Assembly: GCA_018667575.1 (NCBI GenBank)
Contig: JABIUA010000173.1
Coordinates: 1-46,259, forward strand
Source of the DNA: Methanobacteriota archaeon
GTDB lineage: Archaea > Thermoplasmatota > Poseidoniia > Poseidoniales > Poseidoniaceae
Length of the DNA stretch: 46,259 nt
Direction: 5' to 3'
Shown: one piece after another, positions 1 through 10,209 of the stretch
Numbering within the stretch: the first letter of the stretch is position 1
Layout of the letters: every line of letters starts with the position of its first letter
Position numbers and translations under genes: made by a program
The notes under the pieces: model-generated
Database searches by the model: none
The model's input: only the letters and a program-made list of their open reading frames with translations
Told to the model about the DNA's origin: nothing

Positions 1-2790
1 CGATTTGATGATGACATAAATGAACCCGCTCTTAACGTGAATGGCGATTTGGAAGTTTATCTTCCGGAAGGCAGTGAAGTTGGTCGATTAATTGGTTTGG
101 TCGAAGAAGATTGGACCACCAACGTGATGATTATTTACATAGAATCTGGTGATGGTAATATCACTGATAAAAGAATTTTAGAACAAATAAGTTTGGTTGA
201 AAATGTATTGAATCCATGTCTTTCATCTTTCACATGCGATTTAGATGGTGATGGTGTAAATGAGACCGAAGACGATGTTATCTATATTCTCTCACTGTCT
301 ACTGTTCTAAAGGAAGTTAATTCAAGTGCTCCTCGTGTAAGAGAAGCGATAGTAACGGAACTTGGTCAGTTGGGCTGTGCTGCAGGAGAAGAAGAGTGTA
401 CTAGTGCAACTGCGGCAGACACTCTAAATCAATTATTTGAATCAACGGATGAACAATTTGGTGGCTCGTACGAAATTCCTAGTCAAAACACAATTGACTT
501 GGTGGTTGGCGAAATGTATGAGGATGACGGGACTTCTACTCCCGGTTTAGATAAACTGGCTCGTGATGTTTGCACTACTGGTTACGGCGATGTTAGGGCT
601 GATAGTTACAAAAATGAATGCGGTTCTCCTGATTATATATTGGATAAAGCCATTATGGCTGTTGCCCTTTCAGATGAAATCGACGCTAAAACTTTCATTG
701 CAGAAACTCAAGCAATGCTTGAAGAGATGGAAGAACGCGAGATTTTCTGTGATGATGAAAATGGTGATGGGATAGCGGATTCGAAACCTTGTAACTGGAA
801 AGATGAAAATGAAGGATTGAATCTACAAATGGTTCTCACTGGCCCAGTACCTATAACAAATGCAGTTACTGAATTCTCTTTCAAATTATTCTGGGAAATT
901 TTCCCACTTGCAATTGTACTTGTTGCCGGTGGTTTATTCGTTTTCCACTCAGATATTCTTCAAACTGGAATTACTGGAATTAGACCTATTCAAGGCATGA
1001 AGGTGGTGATTATTGCGGGTTTGCCCACCCTTTGCGCTGTATTTTGGACCTTAGGTCTGATTGGTGCAACAAATTATGAAGTCACGATGACAGTTATTAT
1101 TGTTGGACCAATTCTACTTGCCTTAGGTGTGTCATACGGTCTTCACATCACTAACCGTTATGCGGAAGAGGGCGGTACAAAATCGGAAAAGATGAAAGCC
1201 TCTCTTTCTTCTACAGGTAAAGCGGTTTTCCTTTCAGCAGTGACTACTGTGATAGGTTTCATTTCACTTGTCTTCACGCCAATGGCCCCTATCCAAACAG
1301 TCGGTATTGCTCTTTCCACTGGTATTGTAATTGTATATATTTTAACCATGTTCATGGTACCAAATTTGACTTTGATTCTAGATTTACGTAAACCAAAGCA
1401 CCCTCCTCTTAAGGCGTTTGAACATCTAGTCAATGTTCCAGTTAAGCATAACAAAGCAGTCATAGGTGTATTCGTTTTAGTGATTCTTATCTCAGCAACA
1501 GTTGGACAGGCTAATGTTGAAGAAAATATTGATTTGTTAGGTATGGCGCCTGAATACGAGCCTTCCGTACAAAAAATGAAACAATATAGTTCTGATTTCG
1601 ACGCAGGTCAAATAGGAATGGTATTAATTCATGCAAAGGTTACTGGAGATACCAATGACCAGGATACAGGGAATGATGATCCGGCTGAGAATCTTAAACG
1701 AATAGATCAATTAGAAGCGAAGTTGAATACTGTAAATAACGCATCAGCGGTCTCTATTGTTTTCTTAATGAAGTCTACAGGAATTGCTCCTACTGTATCT
1801 GGCACTCAACTCTATCAATTCATCAATAATACTCCGTTACCAGACGATATTAAGGAGACTGCATCATTATTGCTGAATAGGGAGGTTACAGCAGACGCCT
1901 CATTTTGGGATTTACTAACACAGCCTGATAATTATGGCCTTCCTGGAACCACGCAATCACAAATTTTCTTATTGGATGTATTTTATGCATCAATTACCGA
2001 TGAAACACGTGAAATTTTCATCAATAGCGAATTTGACAGAACTTTAATCTATGTTGATATGCCTTTTATCCCGGTTGCTGAAACTGCTTCTGGTGTTGAG
2101 GCTATCAATCAGCATACAGATACTTTCACCTCGGTTGATGGAGGCGGTGCTGAGCACTTGACTGGCGTTGCTGCAACTGCAATTGAAGTCAATGAATTGA
2201 TCGTAGGTTCGCAATGGACATCTCTAGGATTTGCAATTATTCTCACTCTAATTACTCTGGCAGTTGTATTTAGAGATATACAATACTCATTCTGGACAAC
2301 AGCACCGGTTATCGCTACAGTTGCACTGCAATGGCTTGTGATGTGGCAATTAGATGTCTCACTTTCATTGGTAACAGTCATGATAGGTTCTATTCTTGTG
2401 GGTGTCGGTGTTGACTTTTCCATACATATTTCTAATCGTATTAGGGAACTTGGTGGTGGAATTAATGCAATTAAGAGTGCAGCAATCGGTACAGGTATGT
2501 CATTATTTGAAGCTGCTATTGTTACATCTCTGGGTATGCTAACGGCCTATAAAATTCCAATTCCTGAAATTAAACCGTTCATTACAGTAATCTTAATTTT
2601 ACTTTGGGTCGCAGCTGCAAGCGCACTTATTTTACTGCCAGCAATATTCGTGACTTTAGAGAAAATGGGTATTGGTTCAGTCCAGGGTACCACTGGTATG
2701 GCGAGAAAATTAGGATTGATTAAAACAAACAGGAAAGAAGTAGATGTCCTTGATGCCGCCATTGTCAAAGATGTCAAAGATGTCTGGTGA
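1..2790 (+). CDS. RND-superfamily (MMPL/SSD-type) membrane exporter, 5' partial (the frame is open to the window edge)
   Basis: Frame 1 has no stop from base 1, so the GTG at 37 is probably internal. There are two blocks of about 5-6 TM helices, each following a large extracytoplasmic loop. Duplicated MMPL-like motifs are present: ALGVSYGLHITNRYAEE and VGVGVDFSIHISNRIRE. The first loop carries Cys pairs and DxDGDG-type acidic motifs (DLDGDGVNETEDD, DDENGDGIADSKPC). Confidence 0.7.
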   Translation, partial: RFDDDINEPALNVNGDLEVYLPEGSEVGRLIGLVEEDWTTNVMIIYIESGDGNITDKRILEQISLVENVLNPCLSSFTCDLDGDGVNETEDDVIYILSLSTVLKEVNSSAPRVREAIVTELGQLGCAAGEEECTSATAADTLNQLFESTDEQFGGSYEIPSQNTIDLVVGEMYEDDGTSTPGLDKLARDVCTTGYGDVRADSYKNECGSPDYILDKAIMAVALSDEIDAKTFIAETQAMLEEMEEREIFCDDENGDGIADSKPCNWKDENEGLNLQMVLTGPVPITNAVTEFSFKLFWEIFPLAIVLVAGGLFVFHSDILQTGITGIRPIQGMKVVIIAGLPTLCAVFWTLGLIGATNYEVTMTVIIVGPILLALGVSYGLHITNRYAEEGGTKSEKMKASLSSTGKAVFLSAVTTVIGFISLVFTPMAPIQTVGIALSTGIVIVYILTMFMVPNLTLILDLRKPKHPPLKAFEHLVNVPVKHNKAVIGVFVLVILISATVGQANVEENIDLLGMAPEYEPSVQKMKQYSSDFDAGQIGMVLIHAKVTGDTNDQDTGNDDPAENLKRIDQLEAKLNTVNNASAVSIVFLMKSTGIAPTVSGTQLYQFINNTPLPDDIKETASLLLNREVTADASFWDLLTQPDNYGLPGTTQSQIFLLDVFYASITDETREIFINSEFDRTLIYVDMPFIPVAETASGVEAINQHTDTFTSVDGGGAEHLTGVAATAIEVNELIVGSQWTSLGFAIILTLITLAVVFRDIQYSFWTTAPVIATVALQWLVMWQLDVSLSLVTVMIGSILVGVGVDFSIHISNRIRELGGGINAIKSAAIGTGMSLFEAAIVTSLGMLTAYKIPIPEIKPFITVILILLWVAAASALILLPAIFVTLEKMGIGSVQGTTGMARKLGLIKTNRKEVDVLDAAIVKDVKDVW

Positions 2791-3305
2791 ATCAATATAT
2801 CCAAATGATGTCAACCACTGGCACATATATGCCCGGATATTGGTTGATGAAATCAGAGCCGCGTGTATACCCCTTTGAGCAATTAGTTTCGGATGGTTCG
2901 ACCCACTGGGATGGTGTGCGAAATTATCAAGCTCGAAATATGATGAGAGACCAAATGAAAGAAGGAGATTTAGTTTTGTTTTATCACTCCAACTTCAAAC
3001 CACCTCATGTTGCTGGTGTTGCTAGAGTCTCCCGTGAGGGGTATCCAGATTTCACTGCTCAAGATGTCAATTCTAAATATTTCGATCCAAAGGCTAGCCC
3101 AGAGAATCCAAGGTGGATGATGGTCGATCTTGAACCAGTTATAGGACTTGAAAATACGGTTAGCCTACAAGATATCAAGGAAAATCCAAAATGTGATGAT
3201 ATGTTACTCGTGAGAAAAGGGCAAAGACTTTCTGTACAACCTGTAGATGAATTTCATTTTCATACCGTACTAGAAATGGGTGGAGTAGATTATAATTCTC
3301 TTTAG
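2787..3305 (+). CDS. EVE (PUA-like) domain protein
   Basis: Motifs YWLMKSEP, WDGVRNYQARNMMRD and LVLFYHSN are typical of the EVE/thymocyte nuclear protein 1 family. The GTG at 2787 overlaps the upstream TGA (GTGA). An ATG at 2829 (MPGYWLMKSEP) is an equally plausible start. Confidence 0.7.
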   Translation: MNQYIQMMSTTGTYMPGYWLMKSEPRVYPFEQLVSDGSTHWDGVRNYQARNMMRDQMKEGDLVLFYHSNFKPPHVAGVARVSREGYPDFTAQDVNSKYFDPKASPENPRWMMVDLEPVIGLENTVSLQDIKENPKCDDMLLVRKGQRLSVQPVDEFHFHTVLEMGGVDYNSL

Positions 3306-3313
3306 GTGATTTG

Positions 3314-4531
3314 ATGCCAGTTGACCAAATTCCAGTCTCCAAAAGAGCTTCAAGTATTGAGTATGCAATTAGAGATGTCGTGGTTCCTGCAACTGAACTA
3401 GAAAAGCAAGGCCATAAAATCTTGAAATTGAATATAGGCGACCCGATTGCCTATCCTGGCCTGCCGACTCCTAAACACATGGTAGATGCATATGTCAGTG
3501 CTTTACAGAATGGGCGTAATGGATATTCACCTTCTTATGGTCTACCAGAACTCCGTTCAGCAATAGCCCATGATGAACGAAGAAAGGGTTGGAATGCAAG
3601 TGAAAACGATGTTTATGTCTGCCATGGCGTTACCGAAGCGTTACAGATAATTTTTGCAGCCACTCTCGAGGAAGGCTCGAAGGTTTTAGCGCCTGGACCA
3701 CACTACCCTCCATACATGGCATATCCACAAATGTATGGTGCTCAAACTGTCGAATACAAGTTGAAACCTGATGATGGTTGGGCTGTGGATTTTGAAGATA
3801 TTGAGGATAAAATGGATGAAAATGTCAGACTATTAGTTTTGATAAATCCGAATAATCCTTGCGGTAATGTTTCAGGTAAGGATGAAATATATCGTTTGTT
3901 GTCCATTGCACGCAAATGGCCCAATTGTATGATTGTAGCAGATGAGATTTATGATGGGTTAGATTTCACTGGAAATCATATCAGTGTTGCCAGTTTATCT
4001 AATGATGTCCCAGTATTTTCTCTGAATGGTGTTTCAAAGGTCTTTTATGCCCCAGGTTGGAGAATTGGGTATCTCGCTATACATGACCCAAAAAAGAGAT
4101 TAATCGATGTTAGGGATGGCATCGAAAGGCTACTCCGCTCCCGATTATGTGCCTCGACTCCAGCACAAATAGGATATTTGGCAGGACTTGACTCAGACCG
4201 TACATGGATGAAATCATATTCTGACAAAGTTGTTAGGCAAAGAGACTTGTGCGTACGCCGAATTTCTGATATTGATGGGCTTGAAGTTCAATCAGCTGGA
4301 GGTGCATTCTATATGTTTGTTAGATTAACAGATGATAAATGGTCGAATAATGACAAAGAATTCGTTCTTCAATTACTTCACGAGGAGCATGTATTGGTAG
4401 TCCATGGCAGTGGTTTTTCACCCGAACTCGGAGCAGGACATTTTAGAATAGTATTCTTGCCTGATGTCGATGTATTAGATGAAGCATTTAACAGAATTGA
4501 GAGATTTTTAATCCGCCATAGAGAAGTCTAG
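3314..4531 (+). CDS. PLP-dependent class I aminotransferase (alanine/aspartate aminotransferase-like)
   Basis: NPNNPCG and NGVSKVFYAPGWRIGY (PLP lysine context) are present, and the length is about 405 aa. The start was moved to the ATG at 3314 because AGGTGA (3304-3309) precedes it by 4 nt. The ORF track starts at the TTG at 3311. Confidence 0.85.
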   Translation: MPVDQIPVSKRASSIEYAIRDVVVPATELEKQGHKILKLNIGDPIAYPGLPTPKHMVDAYVSALQNGRNGYSPSYGLPELRSAIAHDERRKGWNASENDVYVCHGVTEALQIIFAATLEEGSKVLAPGPHYPPYMAYPQMYGAQTVEYKLKPDDGWAVDFEDIEDKMDENVRLLVLINPNNPCGNVSGKDEIYRLLSIARKWPNCMIVADEIYDGLDFTGNHISVASLSNDVPVFSLNGVSKVFYAPGWRIGYLAIHDPKKRLIDVRDGIERLLRSRLCASTPAQIGYLAGLDSDRTWMKSYSDKVVRQRDLCVRRISDIDGLEVQSAGGAFYMFVRLTDDKWSNNDKEFVLQLLHEEHVLVVHGSGFSPELGAGHFRIVFLPDVDVLDEAFNRIERFLIRHREV

Positions 4532-4571
4532 CAGGCGAAGTATTGATGATTGGTAACAAAGTGGGAGTTGC

Positions 4572-7500
4572 ATGCAAGCGATGAGAAAAAGGGGTTTTGT
4601 ATTCCTCATCGTCTCATTTGTCGCAATCTCATCTTTATCAATTGTCAAAGCAGAAGGCGACTCAGTGTCTCAATTCTCGATAGAACAATTATTTCCATTA
4701 CTTTCGGCTATCTTGATTGCATCGATGGTATGGAGATGGTTCATTCCCAATCAATTAGCAAATCTCCAAGTTGCTTTCGAGATTGATGATGATTTGTATG
4801 AAGTTCATCGAATTACCCGTGATGTCTCAGATGCTAGAGAATTACTGAGTGAAGGTTCAGTAGGTTATGGTGTAGGGCTTTACATGATGGGAATGACTGG
4901 AATTTTAGTTTTGATTGCAGAATTCATATTTGACCCGAATTCCTTTTTCACTCCAGATTTGTATATCATAGGTTTGTTGGTATTAGTGCCTATTTTGATT
5001 TCTCCTTGGGAGACGCTCAATGCACAACTTACCAGTAAAAAGCAGAACTCAATGGCTGGAAGTGCCATCGTTAAATTTTTAAGAAGAACCTTTACTTTGA
5101 TACTTCTAATTGGTTCAACTATAGCAGTACTTTACTACGGAATGCGGCAGTCAGATGATTTACTGATTGAACCGGTTTGGTTAGCAGCAGCCATGCTAGT
5201 GTTCATGTCTCCGACAATTTTTGCCTATGGGAGAATAATGGGTGCCTCTTGGAACATGCTACTGATAAATAAGTGGCGAACATCTAACGGGCGTAAAAAT
5301 CCAATCGACCCTGATAAAGCAGGAATTCTGAATCGTTTATTTTCTCTAATTTTGGTAATATTCCTCCTTACTATGCCGCTCACTGCTTTGAATGGAATCG
5401 TTACTGTAATACACGTTTTGATAAACGAACCAACAAATTCGACTGAAGTATTGAACTATGGGGGAATAATTGGACATTCATTGTATGAGCGAATAGATAT
5501 TATCTCAGAGATCTTATTTGAGTGGGAAATTATCAAGAGTATGCCACAATTCTTATCGCTTTACTTATCGATGAATATTGCTATTGTTGGTCTAGCCTTC
5601 ATATTTGAATTAACGCGAAACTTAGTTTTGGGTGGTCAAACTTTTGGAGGAGTATTTGGAGTCACTCTTGATACACCTAGAGATATTAGGTCTGAGGTAA
5701 GTGCTCAAACTCGACAATTGAAATTTGCATTTGCTGGATTTTCAGGTTATACTGTGCTTCTACTAGTACTAGTCTGTTACAAAGAATTTGGCGCCCTAAT
5801 GCCGTTCACAGATTGGATTGAATCCAAAGGCTTTGATGAGGGTATGCGCCTACTCACTACATGGATGTTCATAGCCGTTGGTCAAACCGTTTTCTTATTG
5901 ACATGGTTGGTTTCAATAATCAGATATTCTTCTCTTCGTAAGTTAAGATTTGACTTGAATCCAGATGAAAGACGAGAAGGTGCGGTTAAACTGGCGGGCG
6001 GAGATTGGATGAGAACCCTCGTAGATGAAGCCGCTTTAGAGGAAAACTTAGACACGTTGATTCAATTCCAGCGTCGCTCGCTAGATGGAGATCCTTCCCT
6101 AGTACGCCATGAGAAAGCCAGAGCAAGGATGTGGGAACTTGCAATTCGGGGGCTTTGGCCTTTAGCAATTGAAGAATCTAGGAAAGTTTTAGCTCAATCT
6201 GGTGGCGATGATGATATCGCTAGAATGTTGATTGCCGTAGGTCACATGGCTTCTCGAAGACTTGATGCAGCTCGTGAAGCGCTACATGGGCTAGAGCAAC
6301 CGGAAGGTTATGATGAACCAGAGTTGCTAAGTTTTGTTTGTGAATGGTTAGACCCTTGGCAAGGGAATGTCAATGAGGACGACTTCTGGGATTGGGAAAA
6401 TAATTCTTGCATTGACCATATCCAGAATACTATGCAAATGATAAGGAACTGGAATCCGAAGCAGAATATGGACGTTATTCACAAGGATAGACTAACTAGA
6501 GTTGCCCAGTTATCCATGGTTTCACTCTTACGTGCTCAAAGGATGCATGATGACGCACTAGATCTTGCTTTGAAACTTGTCAGAGCAGAACCAACTGGAG
6601 TCCGTCCTAGAATTGCGTCAGCACTGTGTCTTATTGACAAAGGTGATTGGCACAGTGCAAGGTCAATAGAAAAAGAATTATTGGAAAGTGATCCACATGA
6701 CCCTAGAGTATTAGCACTTTCAACCATACTTGGCCAGACGATGGACGAGGATGAATTTGAAGTTGCGCTAGTCACGGGCGAAGGTAAGAAAATGAAAAAG
6801 TGGATTAACAGTGCACCTGTGAATTCTGTTGCTGCTCTAGGGGTCAAGGGTGGCATGGATGAAGCCATTAATGCCAATGTTCTAATCACTGCACATGAAG
6901 CAACTAGACGTTCGATGCCACCAAGATATTCATCCGGTCGACTGACATTAATTGCTAACATCTTAATTTTAATTCCACTCTGGATTCTCATTGGGATTTA
7001 TGTGGCTTCGATAAGGGCAGAAATACAAGGTTTTGCGGTCACCAGTACACTCCTATTACTTCACTACTCATCAAGAAAGTTACTTATGCAACAAAGAAGA
7101 CAAATACGTCACCGTGACCAAAAAGCGATGGTTGCTTATGCCAAGAGAATGAAGAGATTTAAGGTATCTCCAGACCGTTCCAACCTACCAGTTGGTACAC
7201 ACTTATTGCTTTCTGGAATTTTAGTTTCTGTTAATGGAGTTGTGTTGGATATTGGAGTACCTGCATGGCTTACTGAACATCTTCCTAAAGATTCAGATAA
7301 GACCATCAGGGCCAGACTGAAAAGAAGGAGTAAGAAGATTTCAAAATCAAGGCCACCTAGGCTTCAGCCTCTTGGTGAAGGATGGTGGTTGAAGAGGCCG
7401 AAGGAAGAAGGTTCAGACACTCCAGCGCTGGAGAGGTTAATTGGCCCAGTTGCATATAGAGGTCGACCATCCTATATCGATAGGAAATCTGGAAAGAATA

Positions 7501-7694
7501 TGCGTCCTACTGGAATGGTTAGAACATCTCCTAGACCGGCGCATTCGGTGGATTTAGGTTCCAGAGGAATTCCAACTAATACTCGCAAGTCGGAAAGACG
7601 CTCTAAATTACCTCAAAATAGGCCAAACGTTAGAGTCGGTAATTCAAAAAATTTACCAAGTAATAGTGGAAAAAAGAGAAGACCGCCGAAGTGA
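4572..7694 (+). CDS. Large polytopic membrane protein with a central TPR-like helical region and a basic disordered C-terminal tail; function unknown
   Basis: There is an N-terminal signal-like segment (FVFLIVSFVAISSLSIVKAEG) and more than 10 hydrophobic helices in the first roughly 470 aa. An Ala/Leu/Arg-rich helical-repeat region spans about aa 480-760, followed by 2-3 more TM segments and then an R/K/P-rich tail. A GGGAG motif lies upstream of the ATG. Confidence 0.6.
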   Translation: MQAMRKRGFVFLIVSFVAISSLSIVKAEGDSVSQFSIEQLFPLLSAILIASMVWRWFIPNQLANLQVAFEIDDDLYEVHRITRDVSDARELLSEGSVGYGVGLYMMGMTGILVLIAEFIFDPNSFFTPDLYIIGLLVLVPILISPWETLNAQLTSKKQNSMAGSAIVKFLRRTFTLILLIGSTIAVLYYGMRQSDDLLIEPVWLAAAMLVFMSPTIFAYGRIMGASWNMLLINKWRTSNGRKNPIDPDKAGILNRLFSLILVIFLLTMPLTALNGIVTVIHVLINEPTNSTEVLNYGGIIGHSLYERIDIISEILFEWEIIKSMPQFLSLYLSMNIAIVGLAFIFELTRNLVLGGQTFGGVFGVTLDTPRDIRSEVSAQTRQLKFAFAGFSGYTVLLLVLVCYKEFGALMPFTDWIESKGFDEGMRLLTTWMFIAVGQTVFLLTWLVSIIRYSSLRKLRFDLNPDERREGAVKLAGGDWMRTLVDEAALEENLDTLIQFQRRSLDGDPSLVRHEKARARMWELAIRGLWPLAIEESRKVLAQSGGDDDIARMLIAVGHMASRRLDAAREALHGLEQPEGYDEPELLSFVCEWLDPWQGNVNEDDFWDWENNSCIDHIQNTMQMIRNWNPKQNMDVIHKDRLTRVAQLSMVSLLRAQRMHDDALDLALKLVRAEPTGVRPRIASALCLIDKGDWHSARSIEKELLESDPHDPRVLALSTILGQTMDEDEFEVALVTGEGKKMKKWINSAPVNSVAALGVKGGMDEAINANVLITAHEATRRSMPPRYSSGRLTLIANILILIPLWILIGIYVASIRAEIQGFAVTSTLLLLHYSSRKLLMQQRRQIRHRDQKAMVAYAKRMKRFKVSPDRSNLPVGTHLLLSGILVSVNGVVLDIGVPAWLTEHLPKDSDKTIRARLKRRSKKISKSRPPRLQPLGEGWWLKRPKEEGSDTPALERLIGPVAYRGRPSYIDRKSGKNMRPTGMVRTSPRPAHSVDLGSRGIPTNTRKSERRSKLPQNRPNVRVGNSKNLPSNSGKKRRPPK

Positions 7695-7738
7695 ATTGAA
7701 TCAATGTATTCAAAGACCGTATGCGCTGACGCTAATTT

Positions 7739-9052
7739 ATGAGCAGAGAGAATGGTTCATGGAGTCCTAGCGAGTCGACCTTTGGCAAAGCTAAGCAGGT
7801 ACTTGATGCAACAGCATCAAGTGGTGACTTATACCGTAACGGGCTTGGAATGATTGCTTCAGAAAATATAGTTTCACCTATGGTGCAAAAAATAGTTGCT
7901 AGTGATTTACATGGAAGATATGCTGAAGGACTCCCTGGCAGAAGATATTACCAAGGTTGCGACGATTTTGATACAATAGAGAGTCTTGGTATTGATTTGG
8001 CCAAGTCAGTTTTCAATGCTCCCTTTGCTAACATTCAGTCAACTTCTGGTACTGTCTCAAACATCGCAGCCCTGAAAGCATTGGCCAAACCTGGTGACAA
8101 GATAACTGCTGTATCAACTGCAGATGGTGGTCATATTTCTCATGCTAGAATGGGTGCGGTTGGTCTTAGAGACCTTGACCTTTCGACTTATCCTTGGGAT
8201 GAAGAACGTATGGAGCCAGACATTGATGGCGCTTGTGCTCTAATAAGAGAACTAGAACCCAAAGTCTCGTTGATTGGTCAGTCTGTATTTTTATTCCCAA
8301 CTCCACTTAGAGAGATAGCAGATGCTGCTCATGAAGTTGGCTCGACTGTTATGTACGATGGTGCCCACGTACTGGGGCTCATCGCTGGAGGAGTGTTTCA
8401 AGATCCACTGCGTGAAGGTGCTGATGTAATGACTGGTTCTTCGCACAAGACTTTCCCTGGCCCTCAAGGTGGATTTTTACTTTCATCGAGTGAAGATGAG
8501 AAAATGCATAAGCGTTTGAATAATGCTATATTCCCCGGTGTTTGTTCTTCTTACCACCTACACCATGTTGCAGGAAAGGTTGTGGCGTTGGCCGAATTTG
8601 AAGAATACGGTCAAGCATATGCTCAAGACATCGTCAAAAATGCTCAATCATTTGCCCAAGCATTGGCTGCAGAAGGATTTGACGTACTGGCAGAAAGCCG
8701 AAACTACACAGCATCTCATCAGGTACTGACTCGTCACGGAGGAACTGACTCAGGAGCGGGTGCAAAAGCCGCTGATTCACTAGAAAAGGCTGGGATAATC
8801 ACAAACATGAATATGCTTCCTGGTGATACAAAGGCACTTTCACCGTCAGGACTGAGGCTTGGGGTCCAAGAATTGACTAGAGTTGGAATGGGCACAAATG
8901 AGATGCAAGAAGTCGCCGCTCTCTATGCTAGGGTTTTGCTTCATAATGAAAATCCTTCAGCGGTTAAAAAAGATGTTCAAACACTGAAATCTGATTTCCA
9001 AATAATTCGATATTGTTTCAATGAGTCCCAAGTGTCGGGATACCCGTTGTAG
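7739..9052 (+). CDS. glyA: Serine hydroxymethyltransferase
   Basis: GMIASENIVSP, GRRYYQGC and the PLP-lysine motif GSSHKTFPGPQGG are present. The length is 437 aa. Confidence 0.9.
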   Translation: MSRENGSWSPSESTFGKAKQVLDATASSGDLYRNGLGMIASENIVSPMVQKIVASDLHGRYAEGLPGRRYYQGCDDFDTIESLGIDLAKSVFNAPFANIQSTSGTVSNIAALKALAKPGDKITAVSTADGGHISHARMGAVGLRDLDLSTYPWDEERMEPDIDGACALIRELEPKVSLIGQSVFLFPTPLREIADAAHEVGSTVMYDGAHVLGLIAGGVFQDPLREGADVMTGSSHKTFPGPQGGFLLSSSEDEKMHKRLNNAIFPGVCSSYHLHHVAGKVVALAEFEEYGQAYAQDIVKNAQSFAQALAAEGFDVLAESRNYTASHQVLTRHGGTDSGAGAKAADSLEKAGIITNMNMLPGDTKALSPSGLRLGVQELTRVGMGTNEMQEVAALYARVLLHNENPSAVKKDVQTLKSDFQIIRYCFNESQVSGYPL

Positions 9053-9061
9053 GTTTTCAAG

Positions 9062-10126
9062 ATGCCATTAATCGATTCAGGTGAATCATTGGTGGATTTT
9101 GAACTGACTTCAGAATTCAGAGATTTTTTTTCGATGAGCGATAATGGTCAAATTTTCGATTTTACTGGTCGTAATTGGATGATTTGGAGTTTTTCTGAAC
9201 TCGAACGTTGGTGGGGTATTTTTGAATCAGTACTTGCTGTCCCATTCGGAAGGAAATTGTTCAACAGTTGTTGTGATGAAGAGGAGTTTCATATTCATTC
9301 AGATGAAATTATTAGTTCGGGATGGTTCAAAAAATCTCGAAATAAGAAAAAACTCAGCCATCGCTGGAATCTGTTTGGTTGGGGACTGATTGATATTGGT
9401 TCGCGTAAAGTAACAACTCATCTCCCTTCTAGTGTCGCAGCAGGACTTGCTGTGGCAGGATTCGAGAGTTTCGATAAAATAAGGTATAAGTCTGAATGGA
9501 AACAGATTAATCAAACAGAAATCTTACTAGAATTGAATATTGATATTAACGATTTACCTATCGCTAAGAAACACTCCCATTTGCCATGGTTGGGGTCTCG
9601 AACTTTTTTGGCTAACAATGAAGTTCCCCATGAACTAGAATCAAGGGAATTAGGTTGGTCTATCGAAGGCGAATCGATGGTAATTTTACCTGTATCCCTT
9701 TTTTCTAGACTATTTTATTCAACACTTGGAACAAAGTCATCACTCGGTCCAGAAATTTTAGATTCATGGGAGATACTGGGCATCGAAGGAAAATACGTAA
9801 AGCCTCTCATTTTCGCATCCTACTCCACTTATCAATTATTTATTAACTCTGATAAACATGTTTTTGCAGAATCAGTTGAATCTTGGATTAGTGTAATCTC
9901 GCATTACTGCGGGCAATGGGGCTGGGGAGATGCGATTGATTTAACAGTGGGACTAGATTCCAGTTCGATAAAAATCAATTGTAAACAGAATGAAATGTTA
10001 CCATTTTTTATTGGCCATGTAATGGGTATTTGGGAGCGTTCAAATGGTCGAAAACCGAGAGTTTCTTTGTTATTTACGGAAGATGATGTTGAAATTTCGA
10101 TTGAATCATTGCTCAAATATATTTGA
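9062..10126 (+). CDS. Hypothetical Trp-rich cytoplasmic protein, possibly two V4R-like halves
   Basis: This is a long ORF with coding-like composition that starts 9 nt after glyA. It has no TM segment or signal peptide. Weak resemblance to V4R small-molecule-binding domains appears twice (GWGLIDIG...AAGLAVAGFES and GQWGWGDAIDL...PFFIGHVMGIWERSNG). The domain call is tentative. Confidence 0.45.
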   Translation: MPLIDSGESLVDFELTSEFRDFFSMSDNGQIFDFTGRNWMIWSFSELERWWGIFESVLAVPFGRKLFNSCCDEEEFHIHSDEIISSGWFKKSRNKKKLSHRWNLFGWGLIDIGSRKVTTHLPSSVAAGLAVAGFESFDKIRYKSEWKQINQTEILLELNIDINDLPIAKKHSHLPWLGSRTFLANNEVPHELESRELGWSIEGESMVILPVSLFSRLFYSTLGTKSSLGPEILDSWEILGIEGKYVKPLIFASYSTYQLFINSDKHVFAESVESWISVISHYCGQWGWGDAIDLTVGLDSSSIKINCKQNEMLPFFIGHVMGIWERSNGRKPRVSLLFTEDDVEISIESLLKYI

Positions 10127-10209
10127 AAAACTTTGTACAGTCAGTACTCAATAATGGTTAAGGTCTATAACCGAAGCATTGCGTCGTTTACTTTGCGGTA
10201 GTTACGCGG

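Noticed and set aside
4550-4786. 78-aa plus-strand ORF overlapping the start of the large membrane protein
   Set aside because: It is an alternative frame of the same strand. The long frame has a GGGAG SD and a signal-like N-terminus, while this one is Cys/Arg-rich and ends quickly.
6536-6991. 151-aa antisense ORF inside the 1040-aa membrane protein gene
   Set aside because: This is a shadow ORF opposite a much longer, better-supported frame. The same applies to 11712..12083, 16731..17117, 20241..20582, 29555..30204, 37185..37553, 38586..39416 and the other short overlapping ORFs in the track.
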